A model generated the notes under the pieces. That model was given only the letters and a program-made list of their open reading frames with translations, was not told the origin of the DNA and made no database searches. A stretch of DNA of 64,000 nt from Ascoidea asiatica JCM 7603 (taxonomy: Eukaryota > Fungi > Ascomycota), in NCBI GenBank assembly GCA_001600695.1, contig BCKQ01000002.1, positions 103,275 to 167,274 of the forward strand. The letters are read 5' to 3'. Position 1 is the stretch's first letter. The number at the start of each line of letters is the position of its first letter. Both the position numbers and the translations under genes were made by a program. This document shows positions 11,879 through 24,000 of the stretch, one piece after another.

Positions 11879-14800
11879 TCAGTTTAAGTATAATGATCCA
11901 GCTGATACAATATCTCTATGAACTAATTCTAATGACTTTTCAAACTTTTCTTCCAATTGACTATTTCCAATAGTTTTAGAGGCATCAACCATTTGTTTAA
12001 TCATTTCTTCTAATCTTTTAAACATTCTTATTAAACTTCCTTCATAAACATCTGTCATCTTGCAAATCTGTGTAAAAGTAGATCCCTTACACCAGGCAAA
12101 TACAACTTCCATTAATTCAAATCTAAAAGATTCAACATAATCAGTAGGGGTGATTTCAATTTTTGAATCACGACAAATTTTAGCTATCTTCACAGCCATA
12201 TCTTGCATTTCCTTTAAAGGTTCTGATAATTCCGGTTTTAACTTAGGGGCTTCGTTAGATCTTTCTTGAAAAACAAAACATGAAAGTAATGAAGCACACT
12301 GCTCAGAAGAAAGTTCATTAAAAGTACCATTAAATAAAAGTTCGGTTAAGAGCAATTCATCCCCTGTTGAAATTTCACATGCAACACGGCCTTTTAATTC
12401 AATAATATCATCCTGTGTAGAAAATCCCAATCTTCTAAGCACTCTTTTTCTATTTTTTAAATCATCCAATTGAACGACGGCATTTGCTTTCAATATTTTT
12501 GAATTTAATTCTTTTATATTTTTTTGTAAAGCCATCTTTTTAGTATATTTTTGGTACATATCTTCTAAAAGTGGAGAAGTTGATAATGGACTAGAAGACA
12601 ATTTACTTTCTAATATCTCAATTTTTTTAATCAGTCTCAAAAATCCTTCATCTTTAATTTTCATATTTTTAACAGGATCTAAAAGAGGAATTCCGTCAGG
12701 AAATCTTCTGTGTACTTCACCTATGCTTTTTCCAATACTTTGCTTTTGCAATCGATCCATAGTCTTAGGCATATATAATCTTAAATTACCAATAGACTTA
12801 ATGGATTTCAAAGTAATTGTTATAACTTCCGCTTTCGACATTTCATCCTTTTTGGCAGGTCTAATTCCTACAGCTAAATCAGGGGAAAACCATTTGATCA
12901 AATTAGAAGGTGCATCAATAAACATTGTAGCAACAAGAACTTCAACAAGATATGCTTCATGATCTGGATAAATTTCACCTGGCCTTTTCTTGCTTTTTCT
13001 TTTGTTAAACTTGATAACGGTTCCCCATCCATAATAATCATCATTTACCTGTATTTCAACTAATCTTCCAGGTTGTAAGTAAGGAAGAGAATTAGAAGGA
13101 TGAGTTATAATTTCTCGTATTTCTTCATTATAAATATCAACTTGTTTTCTAATTTCATAATACTGTTTAATTTCTTCTTCATTTTCAATTTTAGTTTCAG
13201 ATTCTTCTTTAGTAAAAGTAGCAACAGCTTGTTCCAACTTAGGAATATAGGATGTATTTTGAAATTGGTAAAATGAATTTTCTAACATGAATTCTGGTGA
13301 TATACCTTCTACCCTCATAAGATTTAAAATCATATTATAACCTAAATGAAAAGCAGAATCAAGTCTATCAGCTACACCTTTGACCATTCCTTTTGCAATT
13401 TGAGGTTCCATTTTTTCGTCAATCATCATAATTACAATACCTCTATCATCAATACCACGACGACCAGCTCTTCCCGACATTTGAATATATTCACCACCTG
13501 ACACCCATCTGAAACCTTTACCATCCCATTTTCGAACATTAGTGAAAACAACAGTCTTTGCAGGCATATTTAAACCAATAGAAAAAGTTTCAGTTGCAAA
13601 CAAGACCTTTAACAAGCCTTCCTGAAACAATATTTCAATAATTTCTTTTAAAATAGGTAGTAATCCGGAATGATGAATACCAATTCCTCGCCTCAATAAA
13701 GGTAATAAATTTTCTATCTGAGGTAATTGCCTATCAGCTTCTGGTAATACATTCACAGCATTGGTGAAAATTTTTGTTAGCATTTCTTTTTCTTCTTCGG
13801 AATTAAAGTTTAATTTAGACATTTTCAATGCCAACGATTCGCAATCTTTTTTTGAAAACGAAAATACAATAACAGGGTTATATTTTTTAATCCATATCAT
13901 TTTAACAATTTTGTAAATATCAGCACGATTCCCTTGAACACCACCTTTATAGGTTTGACCCTTTTTAGCTCCTGAGAAATTAGCACTATTTGGATCATCT
14001 CCGGATTTATCTCCGATTGCAGACATGGCTTTTTGAAAGTTTTCTTCTCTGAAAGTTCCCTTTTCATCAACAACTAAATGTATTCCATCACCACCAGCTG
14101 GAAAAAGGTAATGTTGTAAAGGCGTTGGTCTATAATCGGTATATACAACATGGCATGGTTGCTTGTGTATTTTTGAAATCCATTTTGTAAATTCTCTTGC
14201 ATTAGGAATTGTAGCAGAAAGAAAAACATAATGAACTTTATCTGGCAAAAGAATTATTGTTTCTTCCCAGACTACACCTCTTGATTTATCTCTCATATAA
14301 TGAACCTCATCAAATACAACCCATGCTACTTCTCTCATAATTTCCGAACCTCTATAAAGCATGGATCTTAAAATTTCAGTGGTCATAACAAGACAACCAG
14401 CATCTGGATTAATGGTCACATCACCAGTCATTAAACCAACATCAATGAATTCTGCTGACAATTCTCTATACTTCTGATTTGATAAAGCTTTTATTGGAGA
14501 AGTATAAATTACTCTCTGTTTATCTCTTAAAGATTTGGCAATAGCGTATTCTGCTACTACTGTTTTTCCAGCAGAGGTATGAGCAGAAACTAATACAGAT
14601 TCGTTTGCTTCAATACAAGAAATAGCATCTTTTTGAAAAGCATCTAGTACAAAAGGATATTCCTTAGCAGGTTTGGATATCTCGACTCTAGGAATTGCGT
14701 CGGTCACAATGATAGTAGAATCGTCTAGTTTAATTCTTTTCACATCGTCCTCTTCTTCTTCTATTTTATGTTTCTTCTCACTAAGCTTTTCGGAATTCAT
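11879..14800 (-). CDS. MTR4: Ski2-like RNA helicase Mtr4 (TRAMP/exosome)
   Basis: [25 protein letters not shown], arch/KOW insertion, C-terminal [11 protein letters not shown]. First ATG at 14800. Confidence 0.96.
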   Translation of the reverse strand: MNSEKLSEKKHKIEEEEDDVKRIKLDDSTIIVTDAIPRVEISKPAKEYPFVLDAFQKDAISCIEANESVLVSAHTSAGKTVVAEYAIAKSLRDKQRVIYTSPIKALSNQKYRELSAEFIDVGLMTGDVTINPDAGCLVMTTEILRSMLYRGSEIMREVAWVVFDEVHYMRDKSRGVVWEETIILLPDKVHYVFLSATIPNAREFTKWISKIHKQPCHVVYTDYRPTPLQHYLFPAGGDGIHLVVDEKGTFREENFQKAMSAIGDKSGDDPNSANFSGAKKGQTYKGGVQGNRADIYKIVKMIWIKKYNPVIVFSFSKKDCESLALKMSKLNFNSEEEKEMLTKIFTNAVNVLPEADRQLPQIENLLPLLRRGIGIHHSGLLPILKEIIEILFQEGLLKVLFATETFSIGLNMPAKTVVFTNVRKWDGKGFRWVSGGEYIQMSGRAGRRGIDDRGIVIMMIDEKMEPQIAKGMVKGVADRLDSAFHLGYNMILNLMRVEGISPEFMLENSFYQFQNTSYIPKLEQAVATFTKEESETKIENEEEIKQYYEIRKQVDIYNEEIREIITHPSNSLPYLQPGRLVEIQVNDDYYGWGTVIKFNKRKSKKRPGEIYPDHEAYLVEVLVATMFIDAPSNLIKWFSPDLAVGIRPAKKDEMSKAEVITITLKSIKSIGNLRLYMPKTMDRLQKQSIGKSIGEVHRRFPDGIPLLDPVKNMKIKDEGFLRLIKKIEILESKLSSSPLSTSPLLEDMYQKYTKKMALQKNIKELNSKILKANAVVQLDDLKNRKRVLRRLGFSTQDDIIELKGRVACEISTGDELLLTELLFNGTFNELSSEQCASLLSCFVFQERSNEAPKLKPELSEPLKEMQDMAVKIAKICRDSKIEITPTDYVESFRFELMEVVFAWCKGSTFTQICKMTDVYEGSLIRMFKRLEEMIKQMVDASKTIGNSQLEEKFEKSLELVHRDIVSAGSLYLN

Positions 14801-14889
14801 TTTTAAAAAGAATTGCAATTGATGAATGAACCGATTTAATGCTCACCCAAAAAATGTATAGAAGATTACAATTTCATCATAATTAAACT

Positions 14890-14899
14890 AAAATTTTCA
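14890..14899 (-). promoter_or_regulatory. RRPE element (TGAAAATTTT) upstream of MTR4
   Basis: aaaattttca about 90 bp upstream of a ribosome-biogenesis gene. Similar TGAAAAATTT lies upstream of TRM1 (about 37903) and a related tract upstream of TSR4 (about 50064). Confidence 0.55.
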
Positions 14900-15112
14900 A
14901 AAAAAAAAAATAATTGAAAAAAATATCTCAGTCAGGTGCTCGACTCTTTTCCGACGCTCACTTAAAGTTACTCAATTTACCGCTGTTAATGAGGTTGTAT
15001 TCCGCTTAATACTGAATATCGATTCTCCAAAAATATCAATTGGATTGATATCCAAACTGTTCATTTATATTTTGGAAATCCTATCAAATTACTACATAAG
15101 ATAAACAAAAAA

Positions 15113-17827
15113 ATGTGGTTGATTCAAATTCCAGATGGGCTTACTAACAGAATTTATGAAAGATTATTGATTCCTAAGAAGGAATACAAGCTGGGTCGTG
15201 GATATGATGATTGCCTGTTCTATATGAGCCCAAAGTATATTTCAAAGCATCATTTTTCAATAACTGTAGATCGTACAAAAGATCCATCTGATATCATTGC
15301 TATACCTGATCTCAAACTAACTATCTTAGGAAGGTGTCCAGTACTTGTGAATAGTAAAGAATACAATCCTCGAAATAAACAGAAAAACACAATAAATCCC
15401 ATAACTATAATATTCAATCGATCAAATTTAACTACAGATGAAAAAAATGAATGTATAATTGATATAAAAATTGCATCACCAAAAAAAGAAGGTTCTTATA
15501 AATTTAAATTGATTTGGAGGCCAATCATTGTAACTTACCCAAAGGATGAGGAAGTGAAGCAATTTCTTGATCAATCAGTAGGGAAATTTACCAATATATT
15601 ATATACTACGAATTTTAGTCCTTCAACAAATTATGCATTGAATTTATCTAAATTCTCGTCTGAATTAATGGTTGCTTTAGTAAGACAAGTTCCAGTAATT
15701 AATAAGGGATTTATTATGACTATAAATAGTTTGATTAACACAAAACTTAGAAATTTTTCTGATATTTTAAAAGAATTGCAATTACCCTCTGAAGAACAAT
15801 ATGAAAATGAAAAAAAAATCGAGTTACAAGATAAAATAAATAGTGGCTCAAACCTTAAAGAAAGACATAAAAGAAATTATCCTGTGGGCAATTGGGGTTA
15901 TAATGTATATGATCTTAATTTATTGGAATATAATTTTGAAAGATTTTTCCCGAATTATGAGCTGTTTTTGGAAAACAAATTATATAATAAAAATCCAAAA
16001 AGAATGAATCTTTTGAAAAGTTTTAATTTTGTTTTTAACAGTAAGCTTCAATTTGAATACTTAAATCCAGTTATTGAAATTGCTGGTGGTAATTCATTTT
16101 TATTTGATTTACTCCAGTCTAATTTAAATGTTGATAATGCCATTAAGCTTTTGAATGCTTTTATAAATAAAAATATAATTGGCCTTTCTCCTATAATCTT
16201 CAAATATCCCTCAGTCAAAGATACTCAACATAATATATTTGAGGTTGAGGAAATTCAAAAAAGGATAAGTAAAGAACTTGGTGAAAAACTAGTAGAGAAT
16301 CTTGATTTAGTTGATGCTATAATTGAAGTTGATAAATTTAGATTAAAACAACCACTTGAAGAAAATATTGATAATTTAAAAAGAAAAAGTCCAATTGATA
16401 AAATTGAAGATGTGAAATCAAAATTGAGTCCCGAAAATGGGAACAGTTTAAAAAGAAGAAAATTATCTAGTCGAAGAGTTGTGAGAAAAAATACTGTAAT
16501 GGAAGTTTTCAATTCTAAGTCCAAGAATGTAAATAGTTGCATTCAAGAAAATCAAAATCAGAATTCTAATCAAAATCAAATTCGAAATCAAGATATAGGC
16601 AAAACTATGGGTTATAGAATTATTGATGATAAAAAAGAAAATTTAAGAAAATTAAAATTCAGAGAAAATAAAATCAAAAGACTATCAAACCCATTGATAA
16701 AAAACATACCTTCCGCTAATGAACAAATTATAAATAGTGATGGAGAAAATACTTTGAATGAAATAATTGATAATTTTGAAAAAGAAAAAAGAGTGGCAAG
16801 AAATTTTGAAATAAATACTAATAATATTAAAAGTAATGTTGGTAATACTGATGATAATAATAGTGGAAATAGTAATGGAAATGGTTGTGAGAATAATCAT
16901 ATTAGCAATGGTGATAGAATTGAGAAAAAAAACAGAAATTCCAATTTTAATAGAGATGAGAATTTGAAAAGAGGTAAAAAGGTTTCTTTACGTGAACTTA
17001 TTAAAGATGTAAGAAAAGCAGGAGAAAAACGAGTAGAAGACAGATTTGGAGTTATAGATGAGAAAGTAAACTTAGCCCCGGAATTAGTTGAAAATATTAA
17101 AAAGTTACTTATAATTGAAGACGTTAAATTTGGTAGAGTAGGAAATAATGAAAATGGCACTGACTATTTTTCTAAATCAAGAGCATTGGGTGACTGTTCC
17201 ACAAATAAAAGAGAATGGTCGCATCGAAAGAATTTCAAAAGCTTTATTAAAAGCAGTAAAAATAAAAGAAGCCAAAATAAAAGTGAAATTTTGAGAAATG
17301 AATCATCCATATATCTGTGTAAAGATTATATTACACTAGAAGAATTTCAACAAGAAGATAATAATAATAGTTATGATGATAAGTTTGAAAAAACTGCAAA
17401 AGTAAATCTGCTTGAAAAAAGCAATGTAAATGAAAATGAAAATGAAAATGAAAATGAAAATGAAAATGAAAATGAAAATGAGGTTTCAGATGTTGAAATT
17501 AAACCAAGGAATCCTTTATTTATTGAAAATGCAGATGATGAAAACATTTCTAGTGAAGTTATTGCTAGTAAAACAATGGCAAAAACTAAATATGAAAGGG
17601 GAAATAAATTAGAAAAATATAATTCAAGAAAGGCTAGGAATATTTCAAAATATAAGATTGGCAGTAGAAAAAATGAAAATAATAATACTGAAACCAGAAC
17701 AGAATTAGTCTATCATAAAGAAGATGAAAACGATAAAATTTCTGATGATGATAATGAAGATTATGATAAGGATGATAATGATGATGAAAATGAAGAATAT
17801 AGACCACGGTTCAAATTTACGACTTAG
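15113..17827 (+). CDS. XRS2: Xrs2/Nbs1 subunit of the MRX/MRN complex
   Basis: N-terminal FHA (MWLI...YKLGRG...ISKHH), BRCT-like region, Mre11-binding RKNFKSFIK, acidic tail ending RPRFKF (Tel1-binding type). Confidence 0.85.
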   Translation: MWLIQIPDGLTNRIYERLLIPKKEYKLGRGYDDCLFYMSPKYISKHHFSITVDRTKDPSDIIAIPDLKLTILGRCPVLVNSKEYNPRNKQKNTINPITIIFNRSNLTTDEKNECIIDIKIASPKKEGSYKFKLIWRPIIVTYPKDEEVKQFLDQSVGKFTNILYTTNFSPSTNYALNLSKFSSELMVALVRQVPVINKGFIMTINSLINTKLRNFSDILKELQLPSEEQYENEKKIELQDKINSGSNLKERHKRNYPVGNWGYNVYDLNLLEYNFERFFPNYELFLENKLYNKNPKRMNLLKSFNFVFNSKLQFEYLNPVIEIAGGNSFLFDLLQSNLNVDNAIKLLNAFINKNIIGLSPIIFKYPSVKDTQHNIFEVEEIQKRISKELGEKLVENLDLVDAIIEVDKFRLKQPLEENIDNLKRKSPIDKIEDVKSKLSPENGNSLKRRKLSSRRVVRKNTVMEVFNSKSKNVNSCIQENQNQNSNQNQIRNQDIGKTMGYRIIDDKKENLRKLKFRENKIKRLSNPLIKNIPSANEQIINSDGENTLNEIIDNFEKEKRVARNFEINTNNIKSNVGNTDDNNSGNSNGNGCENNHISNGDRIEKKNRNSNFNRDENLKRGKKVSLRELIKDVRKAGEKRVEDRFGVIDEKVNLAPELVENIKKLLIIEDVKFGRVGNNENGTDYFSKSRALGDCSTNKREWSHRKNFKSFIKSSKNKRSQNKSEILRNESSIYLCKDYITLEEFQQEDNNNSYDDKFEKTAKVNLLEKSNVNENENENENENENENENEVSDVEIKPRNPLFIENADDENISSEVIASKTMAKTKYERGNKLEKYNSRKARNISKYKIGSRKNENNNTETRTELVYHKEDENDKISDDDNEDYDKDDNDDENEEYRPRFKFTT
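17429..17481 (+). repeat. (GAAAAT)n hexanucleotide repeat encoding (EN)n in XRS2
   Basis: About 8 tandem GAAAAT units seen directly. Confidence 0.9.
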
Positions 17828-18102
17828 TTTCCATAAGGAATAAATAATTATGAAAGCGATACGTACTTTATTTATATAAGTTTGAATGTTTTGCTACAAA
17901 TGTGAGCATATCTAATTTTTTTTGAATAACTATAATATTTATATTTGAAAGAGGGGAAACTCTCATTTTCAATAAACAAAATATATTATAAAATACTGAA
18001 AATAATTAGCTACCATGATGTATATTTTCTAACAAGAAGCCTTTATTTTTTTTTGTATAAAGAGTTAATGACTTTAAGAACCTAAAATAAAATACGAGTA
18101 AC

Positions 18103-19176
18103 ACATGGCTGATCAAACGATTCGACAAGTTACCTTGCAAAATTAGGGGAGTTCGTTGTGAAACAAATCTACACAATAATTAGTTAGTACTACCCTTCTA
18201 AAAATGAAACAAATAAACCGAGTATATTTATTAAAACTTGATGTTCAATATTCAATTCAACCTGAGGAAATTATATTCAATCACTAATTGCAATAATTTT
18301 TCAAATTCAATTTCTATCTCAAAGTTTCCCAATACTTTATAATTTTTAACTGAACAAGAAGAAAATCAAATTATTGAAAATAATAAAAAAGATAAATGAA
18401 ACAAATTGGGCTCAAAAATTAAAGAAACAATAATAAGCAAATATGCTATGAGATAAATTAACAGTAAATTTACAAGTGAATTTAAAAATAATTCAAGAAA
18501 AGAAAAATAATCAAAGAATCAAAAATCAATTCAATCAACAAATAACCATGGGTACTTATTGAGACACTTCTAAACAAATAAATCAATTTTTACAATTTAA
18601 TGAAATATATTAAGTGGCCTTATTTGTATCATTAAAAAAGTATAAAATTAAATCAAACTTAACAAATACCTATCACCCATCAAATAATTATTGCACTTTG
18701 ATTTAAAGTTATTATTTCATTTGAGATTATTTTTTGGCTTTAAATTCGGCTGCTGATTTTAAATATTTTCAGTGATTCAGATTTCATAAATATCTTGATT
18801 TTCTTAATATTTGGTTGGTGAACAAGAAAACGAATTGAAAATTTCTGAAAAAAAACATATTGAGATCAAATAATTTTGAACCGCTTGTATTAAGAATCTC
18901 CGAAGTATAAATTCATGAAAGTGTTTACTTCTTTTGAAATTATAATTATTTAGGTATTAAATTGTCTAATCTCATAATTGTATTTGAATCCTGTTATTAT
19001 TTTTTAATTATTTCACATAAATATATGAAAATTATTTCTAATGATCAAATAAAAATGTAAAAGAAAAAATCGCCTTTACATTTTATGATTTACCCAAATG
19101 TCAAATTGTTGTTTCTTTTCACAACGAACTGCCTAATTTGGAAGGGTAACTTGTCGATTCTCTTCATCAGCCATGT
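18103..19176. repeat. Inverted repeat pair (18103-18163 and 19117-19176, about 85% identical) around a ~950-bp AT-rich spacer
   Basis: ACATGGCTGATCAAACGATTCGACAAGTTACC...GTTCGTTGTGAAA versus the reverse complement ACATGGCTGATGAAGAGAATCGACAAGTTACC...GTTCGTTGTGAAA; 52 of 61 positions match by hand. Confidence 0.9.
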
Positions 19177-21012
19177 TAACACTTTTAAATTCGTTGATTT
19201 TTGACGCTTTCTAACTGCTTATGAATTACTGAGAATCATTTCCTTTTGAAATGGTTTGATAATTGAAAAGCTTTACATTATTGTAATCTGGTGAAATGTG
19301 GATTTCAATTGAATAAACAAAAAATCTATGAAACCTCTCACTGGATAAAATTTCTACAACACAAACAAATACTATTCCAAATTGTTTTCCAAAGATAGCA
19401 TAGCTGCGTCGTAACCCACACCAAAGCTAAAATATTTAGACTTTTCTCACTAAATGTTTTCAAAAACTCGGACTCCTAGTATTTCAAAACCTTAATAAAT
19501 TGGGATAATATTTAAATATTATTACATCAGGCTGATAATAAGCATGATTTATTTACTGGTTAACTAGATTTTTTAGACTTTAACCCAATCACCAAATAGT
19601 TGATAAGGAATGATTATTGGCCAGCACCCTGAAACACCCTACGGGGTGCTCACCAACTGGCTGAGAAGAGACAGGCTAGAACTATGGAAAAACGGAGTGC
19701 GTCTTCTTGGTGTTATGAGCTCTGCTTAGCGAGGGACGGAGCGCAGCACAGTTTCAGTTAAGTCACCCTTTTGCAAAATCGAAGTTCGGAATTGATTAAT
19801 TGTAGACGCATGTTCATTTCAAAGTATTGGTACACAATCTGAGTAATAGTGTTAGTAGATAGAAATTTAACAACATAAAGTCACATGTACTAACTAGAAA
19901 TATAGGATATTGTGTGCTTACATTACAGCAGGCAACTTTAGAAAAATTACCTGTTTTTATCTGACTTACTCCAGTGCAGCCCGATACAAATTATTCTAAG
20001 GATATAACGACTCATTTGTGACCATATCCGCGCTAATATTTCATGGCATTTGCTAGCAAATTGCCAGCACAATTTAATCCTGATAGGTGGTTACCTTTAT
20101 GTATTTCAATTGTTAGGCTTTATTTACATTACTATCGTTACCAAAATATATGAGGTATATTTGATTATAAATGCAAACTAAACCATTTGGTAAAAACAAA
20201 AATGCACCAATTAGCGGATCTGCTTTGGGTATATCCACAACACCAGCCATTATCGGGCTGGTGCTTTTTAATGAACGCTGTTTGTTTTTCGGAATCCTTG
20301 ATATTCGCGCAGTGCCTGGCTGTGCATTTCTGCAAAAATGGTCAAAGTTTGAGCAAGGGAGCTTCTGTGACGGCTAAATCAAGATTCTAAACTTGAACTT
20401 GAAATCCATTGCCGGTGAATTAATATTTAAAGAGGATATGAAAAATATGAAAGAGTATAACCTGGTAAAAGTTTTGAAAAAATTACAATTATTGAAATAA
20501 AAGTAACTTATTAAAATAATATTTTAATCAATTAACAACTACAACTTTTGTATAAACTTTATTTATGAACTATGCTCTCTTTCATTATTTATTTGTAATG
20601 AAAGACATTCATACAACAATTATATTTATTCTGATATTTAGTTTATCTATTTTGTGAGAATAAGAAATAATACAAAAGTATTAATACTATGATATATTTC
20701 TCTTCTTTCATTTCATTTTCTAATATTCTTTTTTCAGGAAAGTTGTCAACTCAAAAGTTTTAATCGTTAATAGGAAATTATTAAATAAATATTAATACTT
20801 CAATGAAATTCAAGCTCTTTTATTAAAATATTTTTTAGAATTTTTAGCCTAGTTTTCCATTTATTTTTGTAACTGTATTTTGATTTAAAAATCATTTATG
20901 CCTTTATAATTTTTCATTTTTTCAACATCGCTGTAATATATTATCCTTCTTTACTTCCACTATACTTTTTTAGTAGAATCAATATTTTAATTTATAATAA
21001 AATCATTCAAAA

Positions 21013-24000
21013 ATGAAAACAATTTTACCAAAGCCGATTTTGAACTCCAAAAGTTTAGATAATCCCAAAAATATTAATAACCCAAATTCCCTATTTTCAT
21101 ATTCTTCGAATTATGAAAACAATGAATTTATATCTTCTGATCCAAAATATACTTCTTCCAATATTATTCTTTCAAATATAACCTCAACTTTATCATCCAT
21201 AGATTCTAATTCTAATTCTAATTCTTCTACATTGGCAAATTCTCCAAATTCAATAGCTACCTCTATAGACTCAATTTATAATCAAAATGATTTTCAAAAA
21301 AATATTCAAAATAATGGTGATAATTTAGATATAAATTTGCTTAATAGTAATCCAGATAGTTTAAACAATTTACTATTGAATAAATTTTTAATCAAAAAAG
21401 ATTTATCACTTTTAGAAAATTATCTTTCACTTTCAACTAATTTAAGTTATCAAAATAATTGTAGTTCTCAAACTATAAATGATTTGAAACAAACTATTCT
21501 TAATGATAAATACTCTTATATTAAAGAAACTCCATCTCAATTACAGGATAAAAATTTGCAAGAAATATCAGAAGAAATATCTAAATCTTCATCAGATTCA
21601 ATTCCAACCGATTTTTCTACTTTAACTAATTATCAGAGTATTTCTGAAAATGATTCTCAAAACGTTAACTTTGTTACTTTCCTACCAAATTCTATTCCTT
21701 TAACTAGAAATTCTTCAATTTTATCTACAGTTTCTTCAATACCTACCCATTTTGATGCTATTCATAGTAATACTAATAATACTAATTATAATATCACTAA
21801 AATTGATAGTATTACTAATGCCATAAATGATACCAATTTAGATAATGATAATGTATTCTCTCTGAAATGTAACGATTCAATAAGTAATAAGAATAATATT
21901 AGCTTCAATAATATTAATTTCAATGAATGTGAAGACGAAAATAGAATAATCGAGAAACAGTTTTCCGGTGATTCAACTAAAACCTCCAAACTGTCTTCAA
22001 AACAATTACCAGTTAAATCAACTAGATCTATTTCAAAAAAAAATAATCGACCAAGTTCCCAAAATAATATTTTAATTTCTAATCGCAATGATAATTTGTC
22101 TAAAAATTTATGTAATAGCTTATCTGATAATTTTTCCAATGATTTATTCAATTCACTTATGTTTAATCTTCAATCACAATTAAATTATTTGGAAAATGAA
22201 AAGATAAAAAAAGAAAACTTTAACACAAATTTTGATACAAATTTAAATTTTGAAGATGAGAATAATGACTTTGATGAACCAAGTGATGGAACCGTCAAAG
22301 AAAAAGAAATTTTCATTAAAACTGGTGATTTATTGTTCTATTATAAGTTATTTATATTTTTAGTTTTAGAAAATTTTGGGAGTATAAAATTCGAATCAAC
22401 TGATAATAAAGAAGTTTTACCAAATCAATCAAAATCATTAAAATCTTTCAAGAAACAAAAAAGGAAACAAGATAGAGAAACTACAGTTGAACTTGAAATG
22501 GAAACTGATTTTGGAGTTAAAAATCAACGATTCAAAACAGAAATTGAACTATTTTTCGAAACAATTTTAAAATTTTCAGAAACTTTAATTCATTCAAAAA
22601 ACAAATTATCTACAGTAAAAATTTTATCCAATTTGAATGATAATACCGTTTTAAATGACTTGGATGATAATAATGATGATTTCGATTATAAGTTACTAAA
22701 GAACAATCCTCAACATATTTTTTTCAAAACAAAGTTAAATTCAAATTTTGACTGTAATAATTTTAAGAGTTCCAATATAAACAGTTGTCATTTTTACAAT
22801 TCAATTATCAAGCTAATTATTGATAATTATGAAAATTTAAATTTTAAAAATTTAAACTATCTTGTCTTTTTATTAACTGGATTTCCTATAAGTCAAACTA
22901 ATAATATAGATATCAATGTGAATAATAAGAATAATAAGAATAATAAGAATAATAATAAGGACAAAGATTTTAATAAAGTTTCAAATTTAAAAAAACTAAA
23001 ATCCTGTTCAAGATGCCGAAAGAATAAAATCAAATGTGACTCAATCAAAAAATTCCCTTATAGTTGTAGTAACTGCTTTAAAAAAAATATAAATTATTTC
23101 AAAAATTATACTAAAAAATTGGAATTAAAACGGAATGATAAAGCTCCTACAAAATTGTATGATCTTAATGGAAATATTAAACTAGTGAACAATTCCTCAA
23201 AAAGTGAAATAAGCGAGAGTTTAAAGAAAGGTAAGAACAAATCTCAAAACTTTAAAACTAATTATGAACCAGAAAAAAAACTTGGTGATAATAATGAACG
23301 AAGCTATGATAATGAGTGTGAGGATGAATCTGAAAATAAGATGAAGGACAAATACCAAAGAGACAATGACTGTAATTGTAATTCTCCAATATGCTCAAGA
23401 GAAAATTTGAAAAAGGCAAAAGAATTTTCTAATGATAAAAATATTATTTTATATATGGATAATGAAATAGAGAATAATAGTATGGAAGACCAATTGACCA
23501 AATTATTTTTGAAATTATTCGGAATTGATGAAAATCTTATAGCAAATGGAGGGAAAGTTGAAGAGTTAACCCAATTTTCTAAAATTAGGAGAAATGATAA
23601 TTTCAATGATCTGGTAAATAGCATTACAAATTGTGGAATACAATTAGTCTCTTCTAATTCTATTTTGAAGAAAAAATCATTAAAAAAAACAAGTTTAATA
23701 AAAAATTTAACTAAAGATATATCTAGTCTTAAAAAGCAATTGAATAAAATGATATTAAATGAAGAGAAAATTTTTAGTGATTATCTTAACTTATATTTCA
23801 ATGAAAATGAAAATAGAAATAGTAATGAATTCGAGAAATATATAAGAGAATTAAGTGGCGATAAAGAAGAAAATGAAAAAAAAATAAGGTTGTTTTTGAA
23901 TAAAAGAATTGAATGGAATAAAAGTGTAAAAAGAAAATATGGAAATGAAGATAATCTGAATTCAAATAAGAGAGTGAAAGTCAATACATCTTCTTTCTTG

